From positions 512,001 to 576,000 of the forward strand of contig CAWFFN010000007.1 in assembly GCA_963815115.1 (NCBI GenBank): DNA of 64,000 bases. Direction: 5' to 3'. This DNA is from an uncultured delta proteobacterium. Lineage in GTDB: Bacteria; Desulfobacterota; Binatia; DP-6. Positions 32,293 to 42,600 of the stretch are shown here, piece after piece. Below the pieces are notes generated by a model. It was not told the origin of the DNA. It was given only the letters and a program-made list of their open reading frames with translations, and did not search any database. The first letter of the stretch is position 1. Every line of letters begins with the position of its first letter. Made by a program: the position numbers and the translations under genes.

Positions 32293-32573
32293 GTAGCCGC
32301 CGTTTCGCGTCCTCTCGGCGATCAGCCGCCGTTGCTGGAAGCCGCCGATGCCAGGAGAGAGGCCGAGGAGCTCTTGGCACAATTCATGGTTCTTTTTCCG
32401 AACGACGCAGTGGTTCGGACTGCACTGCGGGGAGCGGCCGCCTATCATCTCTCCTGGTTCGACTCTGGGCGTATGCAGAGCACCATGCTCTCGATGAGCT
32501 CCTCTCCGAAGACTTCCAGCACGACCGGCTCTACGGCAGCGTCCGCGCCGTTGATCCGTTTCGCCGTGGGTGA
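32293..32573 (+). pseudogene. PIN-domain (VapC-like) toxin remnant, N-terminally truncated and frameshifted
   Basis: VAAVSRP...ARREAEELL...VVRTALRGAAAYHLSWFD in one frame, then LWAYAEHHALDELLSEDFQHDRLYGSVRAVDPF-RRG* in another. Matches the PIN C-terminal pattern S-x-x-D...SED-x-QH...v-NPF. Confidence 0.72.
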
Positions 32574-32623
32574 CCGCCAGCAGACAGGGCCGCTTTCGAT
32601 CGACGCCGTGAACGAGGCATGCT

Positions 32624-33733
32624 CTACAGCAGCGTCTCCGGGTCCGTCGCCTCCACCCCCACAGCCGCCGCGACGCCCGGGTGCGTGATCCGCCCCTCCA
32701 GCACGTTGCACGCGCGGCGAAGCTCCGGCCACCGCCGCAGCGCCTCGACGAGCCCGAGATCCGCGATCTCGAGCGCATAGGACAGGGTGGCGTTGGTGAG
32801 GGCGTAGGTCGAGGTGTGCGGGACGATGCCGGGCATGTTGGTGACGCAGTAGTGGACGACGTGCTCCGCCACGTAGATGGGCCGCGCATGCGTCGTCGGG
32901 CGCGACGTCTCGGCACAGCCGCCCTGGTCGATGGCGAGGTCGACGAACGCTGCCCCGGGAAGCATCGCCTTCACGAGGGTGCGCGGGAGGAGGCGCGGGG
33001 CGAGCGCACCGGGAATCAGGACGGCGCCGACGACCAGGTCGGCCGCCATCACCTCCTCCTCGACGTTCGCGCGGTTCGACATGACGGTGGTGACGTGACC
33101 GGCCAGGATGTCGTGCACGTAGCGCAGCTTCCCGGGGTCGACGTCGAGGATCGAGACGTGCGCGCCGGTGCCCACGGCGACCTGGCAGGCGTTGGTCCCG
33201 GCGATCCCGGCGCCGAGGATCACCACCTTGGCCGGCCGCACTCCGGAAGCACCCGAGAGGAGCACGCCGCGGCCGCCATTCTGGGCCTGCAGGCACCAGG
33301 CTCCGACCTGGACCGCCAGGCGCCCGGCGACCTCGCTCATCGGCGCGAGCAGCGGCAGGCTCCCGTCGTCGAGCTGGAGGGTCTCGTAGGCGAGGGCGCT
33401 CACACCGCGCTCGCGGAGCACCGTCGCCAGCTCGGGATTGGCCGCCAGGTGGAGATAGGTGAAGAGCACGACCTCGGGACGCAGCAGTGCGTACTCCGAC
33501 TGCAACGGCTCCTTCACCTTGAGGACGAGCTCGGCGCTGCCCCAGAGCGACGGCGCGTCGACCAGCGCGGCACCCGCATCGCGGTAGAGACGATCGGGCA
33601 GGATCGACGCGGCGCCGGCGCCGTACTCGACGAGCACGCGGTGCCCGTGCGCCACCAACGCACCGACGCCACTCGGTGTGAGCGCGACACGGCTCTCTTC
33701 TTCCTTCACTTCACGCGGCACGCCGACGATCAT
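32624..33733 (-). CDS. ald: Alanine dehydrogenase
   Basis: MIVGVPREVK-x-x-ESRVALTP, KVKEP, FTYLHLAA, LLAPMSEVAGR, AIDQGGC, HYCVTNMPG. Confidence 0.97.
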   Translation of the reverse strand: MIVGVPREVKEEESRVALTPSGVGALVAHGHRVLVEYGAGAASILPDRLYRDAGAALVDAPSLWGSAELVLKVKEPLQSEYALLRPEVVLFTYLHLAANPELATVLRERGVSALAYETLQLDDGSLPLLAPMSEVAGRLAVQVGAWCLQAQNGGRGVLLSGASGVRPAKVVILGAGIAGTNACQVAVGTGAHVSILDVDPGKLRYVHDILAGHVTTVMSNRANVEEEVMAADLVVGAVLIPGALAPRLLPRTLVKAMLPGAAFVDLAIDQGGCAETSRPTTHARPIYVAEHVVHYCVTNMPGIVPHTSTYALTNATLSYALEIADLGLVEALRRWPELRRACNVLEGRITHPGVAAAVGVEATDPETLL

Positions 33734-33740
33734 GCGCTCG

Positions 33741-33749
33741 AGTCTAGCA
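33741..33749 (-). promoter_or_regulatory. Extended -10 element of ald, probably leaderless
   Basis: Minus-strand TGc-TAGACT, 7 nt before ATG 33733. Confidence 0.5.
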
Positions 33750-33821
33750 CACGCCGGAGCCTGACTTGCCTCTCCGGGTGTCGCACGGCTAAAACCGTGT
33801 GGGCGTCGGAAAGCCTGCGTC

Positions 33822-34673
33822 GTGGGACGGACGATCGACGGCAAAGCAGTGGCGGCGGCGGTGCGGGGCGAGGTGCGGGAGCGCGCAGCGCAGCTCGCGG
33901 CCCGCGGCACCGAGCCGGGCCTGGCGACCGTCCTGGTGGGCGAGGATCGCGCCTCCCAGATCTACGTGGGCAGCAAGGAGCGCGCCTGCGGGGAGGTCGG
34001 CATCCGCTCCTTTGGCCACCACCTGCCGGCGTCGACCCCGCAGGCGGAGCTGCTCGATCTCGTGCGCCGGCTCGGACGCGACGACCGCGTCCACGGCATC
34101 CTGGTGCAGCTTCCCCTCCCGCCGCCGCTCGACGCGCAGGCGATCATCGAGGCGCTGCCGCCCGAGAAGGACGTGGATGGGCTGCATCCGATGAGCCAGG
34201 GCCGGCTGCTCGCCGGTCGGCCGGGGCTGCGGCCCTGCACGCCGCTCGGGGTGATGCGCCTGCTCGACGAGGTGGGCGTGCAGCTCCGGGGCGCACGGGC
34301 CGTCGTCGTCGGCCGGAGCCTCCTGGTCGGCAAGCCGATCGCGCTCCTGCTCCTCGAGCGGCACGCCACCGTCACGATGTGCCACTCGCGCACGGCGGAC
34401 CTCGCCGACGAGGTCGGCCGAGCCGACGTGCTGGTTGCCGCGACCGGCCAGGCCGGCCTCGTGCGGGGCAGCTGGGTGCGCCCCGGCGCCGTCGTGATCG
34501 ACGTGGGGATCAACCGCGGCCCCGACGGCAAGCTCATGGGCGATGTCGAGTTTCTTCCCGCGGCCGAGCGCGCGAGCCACATCACGCCCGTGCCCGGCGG
34601 CGTCGGCCCGATGACCGTCGCCATGCTCCTCGCCAACACGGTGAGCGCGGCCGAGCGCGCCGCGGCGGCGTGA
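33822..34673 (+). CDS. folD: Methylene-THF dehydrogenase/cyclohydrolase
   Basis: IDGKAVA, YV-x-x-[40 protein letters not shown]. Confidence 0.97.
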   Translation: MGRTIDGKAVAAAVRGEVRERAAQLAARGTEPGLATVLVGEDRASQIYVGSKERACGEVGIRSFGHHLPASTPQAELLDLVRRLGRDDRVHGILVQLPLPPPLDAQAIIEALPPEKDVDGLHPMSQGRLLAGRPGLRPCTPLGVMRLLDEVGVQLRGARAVVVGRSLLVGKPIALLLLERHATVTMCHSRTADLADEVGRADVLVAATGQAGLVRGSWVRPGAVVIDVGINRGPDGKLMGDVEFLPAAERASHITPVPGGVGPMTVAMLLANTVSAAERAAAA

Positions 34674-34677
34674 GACG

Positions 34678-35790
34678 ATGGCCAGACGCACGCCGCTGTT
34701 CGACGCGCACCGGGAGCTGGGCGCTCGCCTGGTCGAGTTCGCGGGCTGGGAGATGCCGGTGTCGTACGGCAGCGCGCTCGAGGAGCATCACGCGGTGCGA
34801 CGGCGCTGCGGCCTCTTCGACGTGAGCCACATGGGAGAGGTCGAGCTCCGCGGCGCCGGCGCCGAGGCGCTGTGCCAGGAGCTCACGGTGAACGACGTCA
34901 GCCGGCTCGGGGACGGCGACGGCCAGTACACGGTCCTCTGCAACGAGCGGGGCGGCGTGCTCGACGACCTGGTGCTCTTCCGCCTCGCGCCCGACCGCTT
35001 CCTGCTGGTGGTCAATGCCGCCAACACGGCCGCCGACCTCGCCTGGATCCGGCAGCACGCGCCGGCGAACGTGGCGGTCGACGATCGCAGCGGCGAGCTC
35101 GCGCTCCTCGCGCTGCAGGGTCCCGAGGCGGAGCGCGCGCTGCGCACCCTGACGCCGCTCGATCTGACCGCGCTGCGGCCGTTCACGATTCGCGACACGA
35201 CGGTGGCGGGCTTCGAGTCACAGGTGTCCCGCACCGGCTACACCGGCGAGGACGGCTTCGAGATCCTCGTGCCGGCCGCCGACGCGCGTCCCGTCTGGGA
35301 CGCGGTGCTGGCGGCGGTCCGTCGCTGCGGGGGTCTGCCGGCGGGCCTCGCCGCACGGGATACCCTGCGGCTCGAGGCCGGTCTGCCGCTCTGCGGGACC
35401 GACATGGATGCCGACACGACGCCGCTGGAGGCCGGGATCGCGTGGGTGGTGAAGCTGCGCAAGACCTGCTTCGTCGGCCGCGAGGCCCTGGCGAGCCAGG
35501 CAGCCGCGGGGCCCGAGCGCCGCCTGGTCGGGCTCCGGCTCGAGGAACCCGGCATTCCGCGACACGGCAACGCGGTCTGGCAGGGCGGGGCTCGCGTGGG
35601 GACGGTCACGAGTGGTACCAAGTCGCCCACCCTGGGAGTCTTCATCGGCATGGCCTCCGTGGCCGCCGCCGCCACGCGGCCTGGCACCGCCGTGGTGGTC
35701 GAGATTCGCGACCGGCGCCTGCCGGCGCAGGTCGTGGATCGCCCCTTCTACCGCCGCCCGGCGCCGGGAGCCTCGCATGCAACTGCCTGA
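34678..35790 (+). CDS. gcvT: Glycine cleavage system T protein (aminomethyltransferase)
   Basis: RTPL, FAGWEMPV, FDVSHMG, ALQGP, SRTGYTGEDGFE, ARDTLRLEAG. Confidence 0.97.
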   Translation: MARRTPLFDAHRELGARLVEFAGWEMPVSYGSALEEHHAVRRRCGLFDVSHMGEVELRGAGAEALCQELTVNDVSRLGDGDGQYTVLCNERGGVLDDLVLFRLAPDRFLLVVNAANTAADLAWIRQHAPANVAVDDRSGELALLALQGPEAERALRTLTPLDLTALRPFTIRDTTVAGFESQVSRTGYTGEDGFEILVPAADARPVWDAVLAAVRRCGGLPAGLAARDTLRLEAGLPLCGTDMDADTTPLEAGIAWVVKLRKTCFVGREALASQAAAGPERRLVGLRLEEPGIPRHGNAVWQGGARVGTVTSGTKSPTLGVFIGMASVAAAATRPGTAVVVEIRDRRLPAQVVDRPFYRRPAPGASHATA

Positions 35791-36169
35791 GAATCTGCAC
35801 TACACGACCGAGCACGAGTGGGTGCGCCTGGAAGGGCACGAAGCCGTGGTCGGAATCACGGACTTCGCCCAGGAGTCGCTCGGCGACGTCGTCTTCGTCG
35901 AGCTGCCGCCCCCGGGAACGGTTCTCACGGCAGGCAAGACCTTTGGTGTCGTGGAATCGAACAAGAGCGTGTCCGACCTCTTCGCGCCCGTCACCGGCCG
36001 GGTCGTCGCAATCAACGATGCCCTGCGGGACGCACCCGAGGCGGTGAACTCCGATCCCTACGGCGCCGGGTGGATGATCCGCGTCGCGCTCGACTCCGCG
36101 GATGCGGTCGCCGGACTCCTCGACGCCGATCAGTACCGGACCCACGTGCAGCACGAGCAGTCGCGGTGA
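35777..36169 (+). CDS. gcvH: Glycine cleavage system H protein
   Basis: HEWV, GITDFAQ-x-x-LGDVVFVELP, VESNKS (lipoyl Lys), NSDPYG-x-GW. Confidence 0.96.
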   Translation: MQLPENLHYTTEHEWVRLEGHEAVVGITDFAQESLGDVVFVELPPPGTVLTAGKTFGVVESNKSVSDLFAPVTGRVVAINDALRDAPEAVNSDPYGAGWMIRVALDSADAVAGLLDADQYRTHVQHEQSR

Positions 36170-37539
36170 GCGCCTACGTCCCGCACACGCCCGCCGATAT
36201 CGCGGCGATGCTGGAAGTGATCGGCGCCGGGTCGCTGGACGACCTGATCGCCCACATCCCTGCCGGCCTCCGCGACCATGCCGCGGTCGACCTGGCCCCG
36301 GGCCTCACCGAGCCCGAGCTGCGCGCCCGCTTCGCGGCGCTGGCGGCGGGCCACGCCCGGGACGACCTCGCGGTCTTCCTCGGTGCCGGATCGTATCCGC
36401 ACTTCGTTCCCGCCGTCGTCAACCAGATTCTCCTGCGCTCCGAGTTTGCCACCGCCTACACGCCCTACCAGCCCGAGGTCAGTCAGGGGACCCTGCAGGC
36501 GATCTTCGAGTTCCAGACGTTCGTCGCCACGCTCCTCGGCCTCGACGTCGCCAACGCCAGCATGTACGACGGCGCGTCCGCGACCGCCGAGGCCGTCCTG
36601 ATGGCGCGTCGCCTCCTCCCCGAGCGGCGGACGGTGCTCCTGGCGCGCGCGCTGCATCCTCACTACCGGGGCGTGGTGCGGACCTATCTGCGCGGACTGG
36701 CCGGCGTGGTCGTGCGCGAGATTCCGTTCGACGACGACGGCCGCACCGACGCCGCGGCGCTCCGCGGTCTCCTCGGGAGCGACACGCTCTGTGTCGTGCT
36801 GGGCCAACCAAACGTCTTCGGCGTCGTCGAGGACCTTCCCGCCGCCGCCCACGACGTGCACGCGGCGGGCGCCCTGCTGGTGAGCGCGACGACGGAGGCG
36901 CTGGCTCTCGCCGCGCTGCGCTCGCCGGGCGCCTGCGGGACCGACATCGCGGTGGCGGAGGGGCAGAGCCTCGGCCTGCCGATGTCGTACGGAGGCCCCG
37001 GCGTGGGGTTGTTCGCGTGCCACGAGCGCCACGTCCGTGCCATGCCCGGACGCATCGTCGGCGAGACGGTCGACGGGGAGGGCCGCCGCGGCTACGTCCT
37101 CACGCTGGCGACGCGCGAGCAGCACATCCGGCGCGAGCGCGCGACCTCGAACATCTGCACCAACCAGGGGCTGTGTGCGCTCGCGGTCACCGTCTACCTG
37201 TCCATGCTGGGCCGGAACGGCCTTCTCCGGCTCGCGCGGGTGAACGCCACCGCGGCCCGCGAGGCCGCCACGCGGCTCGCGTCGGCGGGCGTGCCGCAAC
37301 GCTTCGCAGCGCCGTTCTTCAACGAGTTCGTGGTGCGCGCGCCGGCGGCCGCCTCGGCCTGGGAGGAGCTGGCGCAGCGCTCCGGTGTGGTGGCGGGCTT
37401 CCCGCTCGGCCGCTGGTACCCGGAGCTCGGCGATGCGCTGCTCCTCTGCGTCACCGAGACCCACCACAAGGAGCAGGTCGATCGGCTCGTCGCCACGCTG
37501 GCCACGGACACGCGCGCCCGGCGCACGAGGACGGGCTAG
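36166..37539 (+). CDS. gcvPA: Glycine dehydrogenase (decarboxylating) subunit 1
   Basis: FLGAG, TAYTPYQPEVSQG, NASMYDG, GGP, TREQHIRRERATSNICTNQ. Confidence 0.96.
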   Translation: MSAYVPHTPADIAAMLEVIGAGSLDDLIAHIPAGLRDHAAVDLAPGLTEPELRARFAALAAGHARDDLAVFLGAGSYPHFVPAVVNQILLRSEFATAYTPYQPEVSQGTLQAIFEFQTFVATLLGLDVANASMYDGASATAEAVLMARRLLPERRTVLLARALHPHYRGVVRTYLRGLAGVVVREIPFDDDGRTDAAALRGLLGSDTLCVVLGQPNVFGVVEDLPAAAHDVHAAGALLVSATTEALALAALRSPGACGTDIAVAEGQSLGLPMSYGGPGVGLFACHERHVRAMPGRIVGETVDGEGRRGYVLTLATREQHIRRERATSNICTNQGLCALAVTVYLSMLGRNGLLRLARVNATAAREAATRLASAGVPQRFAAPFFNEFVVRAPAAASAWEELAQRSGVVAGFPLGRWYPELGDALLLCVTETHHKEQVDRLVATLATDTRARRTRTG

Positions 37540-37542
37540 GTC

Positions 37543-38991
37543 ATGCAGCTCGACGAACCGCTCATCTTCGAGCGTGGCTCGTCCGGCCACGCGGGCTGGC
37601 AGGTTCCCGGCGACGAGGCCGACGGCCTACCGGAGGAGCTGCGGCGCGAGGACGATCTCGCGACTTTCCCGGAGGTCGGCGAGCTCGAGGTCCTGCGCCA
37701 CTTCCTGCGCCTGTCGCAGTGGAACTACGGTGCGGCCACCACGTTCTACCCGCTCGGCTCCTGCACCATGAAGTACAACCCGGTGGTGAACGAGGAGCTG
37801 GCCCGCTTGCCGGGGTTTGCGCAGCTGCACCCGCTGCTGCCGGCGTCGCTGGCGCAGGGCGCGCTCGCCCTGTGCGAGGCGCTCGAGCACGCGCTCGCCG
37901 CCGTCTCCGGTCTCGACGCGGTGACGCTCCAGCCGGCGGCGGGGGCCCAGGGCGAGCTGCTCGGCATGCTCCTGGTACGCGCCCATCACGTCGATCGCGG
38001 CAATCCGCGCCGGCGCGTCCTGATCCCGGCCAGCGCCCACGGCACCAACCCGGCCAGCTCCGTGCTCTGCGGCTACGAGGTCACCGAGGTTCCCGTCGGC
38101 GCCCGCGGGCTGCTCGAGGCGCGCACGGTCGCGGCCCTGATGGACGAGCAGGTCGCGGCGCTCATGGTGACCAACCCGAACACGCTCGGCCTCTTCGAGG
38201 AGGAGATCGAGGGCGTCGCGGCCGCGGTGCACGCCAGGGGCGGCCTGCTCTACATGGACGGCGCCAACATGAACGCGCTCATCGGCGTCGCCAAGCCGGG
38301 CGACATGGGCGTCGACGTCATGCAGTTCAATCTCCACAAGACGTTCTCGACGCCGCACGGCGGCGGCGGGCCGGGTGCCGGGCCGGTCGCGGTGCGGGCG
38401 CCGCTGGTCCCGTACCTTCCGGTGCCACGGGTGGTCCGGCGCGGCGAGCGGCTGGAGTGGGACGAGGCGGCTCCGAAGAGCGTCGGGCGGATCGGGCCCT
38501 TCTTCGGCAACTTCGGCATCCTCCTGCGCGCGCTCGCCTACATCGAGCGGCTCGGCGGCCCGGGCCTCGAGGAGGCGACCAGGCTCGCGATCCTCAATGC
38601 GAACTATCTGCGTGCCCGTCTGCGCGGGGCGTACGACCTGCCGTTTGACGTCCCGTCGATGCACGAGTGCGTGTTCTCCGACCGCACCCTCACGCCCCAC
38701 GGCGTCCAGACGCTCGACGTCGCCAAGCGGCTGCTCGACTACGGCTTCTATGCCCCGACCATCTACTTCCCCCTGGTGGTCAAGGGAGCGCTCATGATCG
38801 AGCCGACCGAGACCGAGAGCCGGGGAACGCTCGACGAGTTCGTCGCCGCCATGCTCGCCATCGCGGAGGAGGCCCGCACGGACCCGCACACCGTCCGTAC
38901 GGCTCCGCACCGCACCAGGCTCGGCCGTCTCGACGAGACGCGCGCCGCGCGCCGTCCGGTGCTGCGCTGGCGGCCACCCGTGACCGGGTGA
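37543..38991 (+). CDS. gcvPB: Glycine dehydrogenase (decarboxylating) subunit 2
   Basis: YPLGSCTMKYNP, QPAAGAQGE, SAHGTNPAS, NLHKTFSTPHGGGGPG (PLP Lys), MIEPTETES. Confidence 0.97.
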   Translation: MQLDEPLIFERGSSGHAGWQVPGDEADGLPEELRREDDLATFPEVGELEVLRHFLRLSQWNYGAATTFYPLGSCTMKYNPVVNEELARLPGFAQLHPLLPASLAQGALALCEALEHALAAVSGLDAVTLQPAAGAQGELLGMLLVRAHHVDRGNPRRRVLIPASAHGTNPASSVLCGYEVTEVPVGARGLLEARTVAALMDEQVAALMVTNPNTLGLFEEEIEGVAAAVHARGGLLYMDGANMNALIGVAKPGDMGVDVMQFNLHKTFSTPHGGGGPGAGPVAVRAPLVPYLPVPRVVRRGERLEWDEAAPKSVGRIGPFFGNFGILLRALAYIERLGGPGLEEATRLAILNANYLRARLRGAYDLPFDVPSMHECVFSDRTLTPHGVQTLDVAKRLLDYGFYAPTIYFPLVVKGALMIEPTETESRGTLDEFVAAMLAIAEEARTDPHTVRTAPHRTRLGRLDETRAARRPVLRWRPPVTG

Positions 38992-39005
38992 GAGTGCTAG
39001 CAAAA

Positions 39006-39034
39006 TTGACACCCGGGCCGCCGCCGTGTAGCGT
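39006..39034 (+). promoter_or_regulatory. Sigma70-like promoter upstream of HNH-smc-ftsY
   Basis: TTGACA-17 nt-TAGCGT, 10 nt before GTG 39045. Confidence 0.65.
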
Positions 39035-39044
39035 CTCCGGCGGC

Positions 39045-39650
39045 GTGCAGGCATCGGTGCTCAACACCAAGGTCCTGGTCCTGAACCGCTCGTACCTGCC
39101 GGTGAACATCACCTCGGTGCGGCGTGCCCTGTCGCTGCTCTATCAGGACATCGCCCGGGCGGTGGACGAGCAGTACCGCACCTTCGACTTCGCCAGCTGG
39201 GCCGATCTCGCCGCGCACGAGGAGAGCATCGGTCTGATCGACCGGGCGATCCGGGTGCCGCGGGTCATCCTGCTCCTCGGCTACGATCGGGTCCCCCGCC
39301 GGCACGTGCGCTTCAGCCGCTTCAACATCTACGCGCGCGACCACAACCGCTGCCAGTACTGCGGCCGGCGGTTCGCCCGCGCCGAGCTGAACCTCGACCA
39401 CGTCATCCCGCGCTCGAAGGGTGGCACCTCGGCGTGGGAGAACGTCGTCTGCTCCTGTCACCGGTGCAACCGGCTGAAGGGCGGGCGCACGCCGGCGGAG
39501 GCGGGCATGCGCCTCATCCGCCATCCCTTCCGCCCGCAGTGGACGCCCTTCATGGTCGAGGCCTTCAGCCCCCGCCGGCACAAGGAGTGGCTGCCGTTCC
39601 TGAGCGGGGTCGACGCGGCGTACTGGAACACGGAGCTGATGCAGGAGTAG
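39045..39650 (+). CDS. HNH endonuclease (McrA/COG1403-like)
   Basis: VLVLNRSY-x-P, VPRVI, RFNIYARD-x-x-x-CQYCG, LDHVIPRS-x-GG-x-x-x-WENVV-x-x-CHRCN-x-x-K. Confidence 0.92.
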   Translation: MQASVLNTKVLVLNRSYLPVNITSVRRALSLLYQDIARAVDEQYRTFDFASWADLAAHEESIGLIDRAIRVPRVILLLGYDRVPRRHVRFSRFNIYARDHNRCQYCGRRFARAELNLDHVIPRSKGGTSAWENVVCSCHRCNRLKGGRTPAEAGMRLIRHPFRPQWTPFMVEAFSPRRHKEWLPFLSGVDAAYWNTELMQE

Positions 39651-39689
39651 GGGGAAGCCTCGGGCGCGCCGGGGCGGTTGGGGGAGTGG

Positions 39690-42600
39690 ATGCGGATCAA
39701 GCAGATCGAGCTCACCGGCTTCAAGTCGTTCATGGACCGGACGGTCCTCGAGCTGCCCGCCGGGGTGACGGCCATCGTGGGGCCGAACGGCTGCGGGAAG
39801 TCGAACGTGGTCGACGCCATCCGGTGGGTGCTCGGCGAGCAGAGCCCGAAGCACCTGCGCGGCGGGGCCATGGAGGACGTCATCTTCGCGGGCAACGCCG
39901 ACCATGGCCCGCTCGGCATGGCCGAGGCGTCGCTCCTGCTCGAGCGTACGGACGAGGACCTGGCGCGGGCTGCGGAAGCCAGCGACGAGCTCCCCATCGG
40001 CCCCGAGAGCCTGCCGCCCGAGCTGGCCCAGGCGAGCCAGATCCTGGTCACCCGGCGCTACTTTCGCTCCGGCGACTCGGAGTACTTCATCAACAAAGCG
40101 GCGTGCCGGCTGAAGGACATCACCGAGCTGTTCCTGGGCACCGGGGTCGGCACGCGCGCCTATGCCATCATCGAGCAGGGCCGCGTCGAGCAGATCGTCA
40201 ACGCGAAGCCGGACGACCTCCGGCTGTTCCTCGAGGAGGCGGCCGGGATCACGCGCTTCCGCTCCCGCAGGCTCGCCGCGGAGCGCAAGATGGAGCGTAC
40301 GCGCGACAACCTGATCCGCGTCAACGACGTGCTTCGCGAGCTCGAGCGCCAGATGGGATCGCTGCAGCGTCAGGCGCGGCGCGCCGAGGAGTACCACCGC
40401 ATCAAGGGCGCGCTCCGCGACCTCGACCTCCGCGTGACCGCCGCTCGCCGCCGCGCGTGGGCCCGGGAGATGACCGCGACGGGTGACGAGGTGACGCGGC
40501 TCCGCCAGGACGAGGAGCGCCTGCAGACGCAGCTCAGCACCACCCGGGAGGCGAGTGACGAGGCACGCCGCCGGCGCCACGAGCGCGAGGCGCTGCTGCG
40601 TGCGGTCGAGAGCGAGCTCACCGAGCAGCGGGTGGCCGCAACCGAGTCGGGAGCCCGCGCGGAAGGGCTGGAGGCGCGCCGGCGCGAGCTCGAGGCGCGC
40701 GCTGCCGAGGCCGAGCGCGAGGCGGAGATGCTGGAGGGCCGGCTGGCCGACGTCGCGGGCGAGCTGTCGGCCTGTGACGGCGAGCTCACCCGGCTCGCCA
40801 GCGAGCAGGCCCAGGCAGAAGCCGAGCGCACCCGGGAGGAAACGGAGCTGGATCGGCTCGGCGCCGCCGGCAAGCCGCTCGAAGAGGCCGTCGAGCAGGC
40901 GAAGGATGCGGTGGTCGACGCGGTCGCCGAGGAGCTCAGGCTGCGCAACCTGGCCGAGGCCGTTCAGCGACGGCGGGCCGAGCTCGACGGCCAGCGGCGC
41001 CAGCTCGACGAGGAGCGCCAGGAGCTCGGATCGCGGCTCGAGGACGTCGCCAGGGAGCGCGAGGATCAGCGTCGCCGCATGGAGGCGCTGGAGGCGGAGC
41101 GCGTCCGCCTCGAGGCGGAGCGCGCGGCGCTGCTGGCGCGGTCGACGGCCCTGGCGGACGAGGAGGAGCGCCAGGCGCAGGTCTGTACGGGCGCGCGCGA
41201 TCGGGTGACGCAGCTGCGCTCGCGCGTCGAGTCGCTGCGCGAGCTCGAGGCCCGTTCCGAGGGGTGCACGCGCGGGGTCGCGAGCCTGCTCGCTCGCGAT
41301 CCCGAGGCCGCGACCCTGCTGGCGGGCGTCCTGCGCGTGCCCGCGGGCCTCGAGCGCGCCGTGGCGGCGGTGCTCGGATCGCGGCTGGGCCAGGTCGTTC
41401 TTCCCGATACGTCCGCCGCGCTGGACGCGGTCCGCTGGCTTCGCGAGACGCAGGCGGGCAGCGCCACCGTCATTCCGCACGACCCCGAGCGCCGGGCGAC
41501 GGTCATCGTGCCGGCGGGACGGCGCCTCGTCGACCAGGTCGACGTCGACCCCGGTCACTGGGCCCTGGCCGAGGCGCTCCTCGGCCAGGTTCTCCTTGCC
41601 GACGACCTCGACGAGGCGCTGCGCATCTGGCGCGAGGCGCCGCATCCGCTGACGGTCGTCACCCTTGCCGGCGAGGCGCTTGACGCGCTCGGTGCGGTCA
41701 CGGGGGGCAGCGAGCCCCCGCTCGAGGAGACGCTGCTGGCCCGCGCGCGCGAGCTGCGCGAGCTGGCCGCGGCGACGCGCGAGGCGGAGGCCACGACGGA
41801 GGCCGAGCAGCGCACGCTCGACGCCATCCGGGCCCGCGTCGCGGACGTCGGTAGCACGCTCGCACAAGGCGTGGAGCGCTTGCAGGCGCTGCGCCTCGAG
41901 CTCCTCGCGGGCGAGAAGGATCGCGAGCGTCTCGAGGGGGAGCGGGCACGCATCGCCGCCGACCTCGAGGTGAGCGCACTCGAGGCGAGTGGCCTCGCCG
42001 GCACCGACGGCCAGCTGGCGGGCGAGCTCGCTGCCCTCGACGAGTCGCTCGCGGGAGCGTCGGCGGGATTGCGTGATCGGCGTGCGGCGCTCGGCGAGGC
42101 ACAGGCAGCCCTCGCCGAATGGCGGCTCCGGCACGCGGAGACCGAGCAGCGACGGACCGGTGCCGCCGTGCGGGCCGCCGCGGCCGCCGAGCGGCGGCGT
42201 GGCGCCGACGGCGAGCGGGCTCGGCTGCAGGCCGGTCGGGTGGACCTGGCCGGCCGGGTCGAAGCGGCGAAGCGCGCCGCAACCGACGCGACGACCGGAG
42301 CAGCGTCGTCGGCGGAAGAGGCACACGCGGCGGCCGCCGCCAGGGTCGCCGCCGATGAGCGGGCTGCAGCGCTGGCCGAGGATCGCCAGCGCCTGTCGGC
42401 AGAGGTCGCCGCCGCGGAGGAGGACCTGTCCGCCGACGACCGTGTCCAGCGCGAGGTCTCGGAGCAGCTCGAGGCGCTACGGGCGCGGCGCGGAGAGCTC
42501 GACGTGCTCCTGGCGGAGCGTCGGGTCGCGCTCGAACAGCTCTTCGAACGGCTCGCCGAGCGCTACGATCTCGGCCCCGAGGCGCTCGACGAGATCCCGG

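Noticed and set aside
32529-32636. Near-repeat CTCTAC(G/A)GCAGCGTC at the PIN remnant and the ald stop as an att site
   Set aside because: Only 15 bp with a mismatch, 93 bp apart, and explained by coding sequence; no counterpart at the other end of the island.
33734-34677. Glycine riboswitch ahead of the gcv genes
   Set aside because: Only 4 nt separate folD and gcvT, and the 88-nt ald-folD spacer lacks the aptamer motifs.
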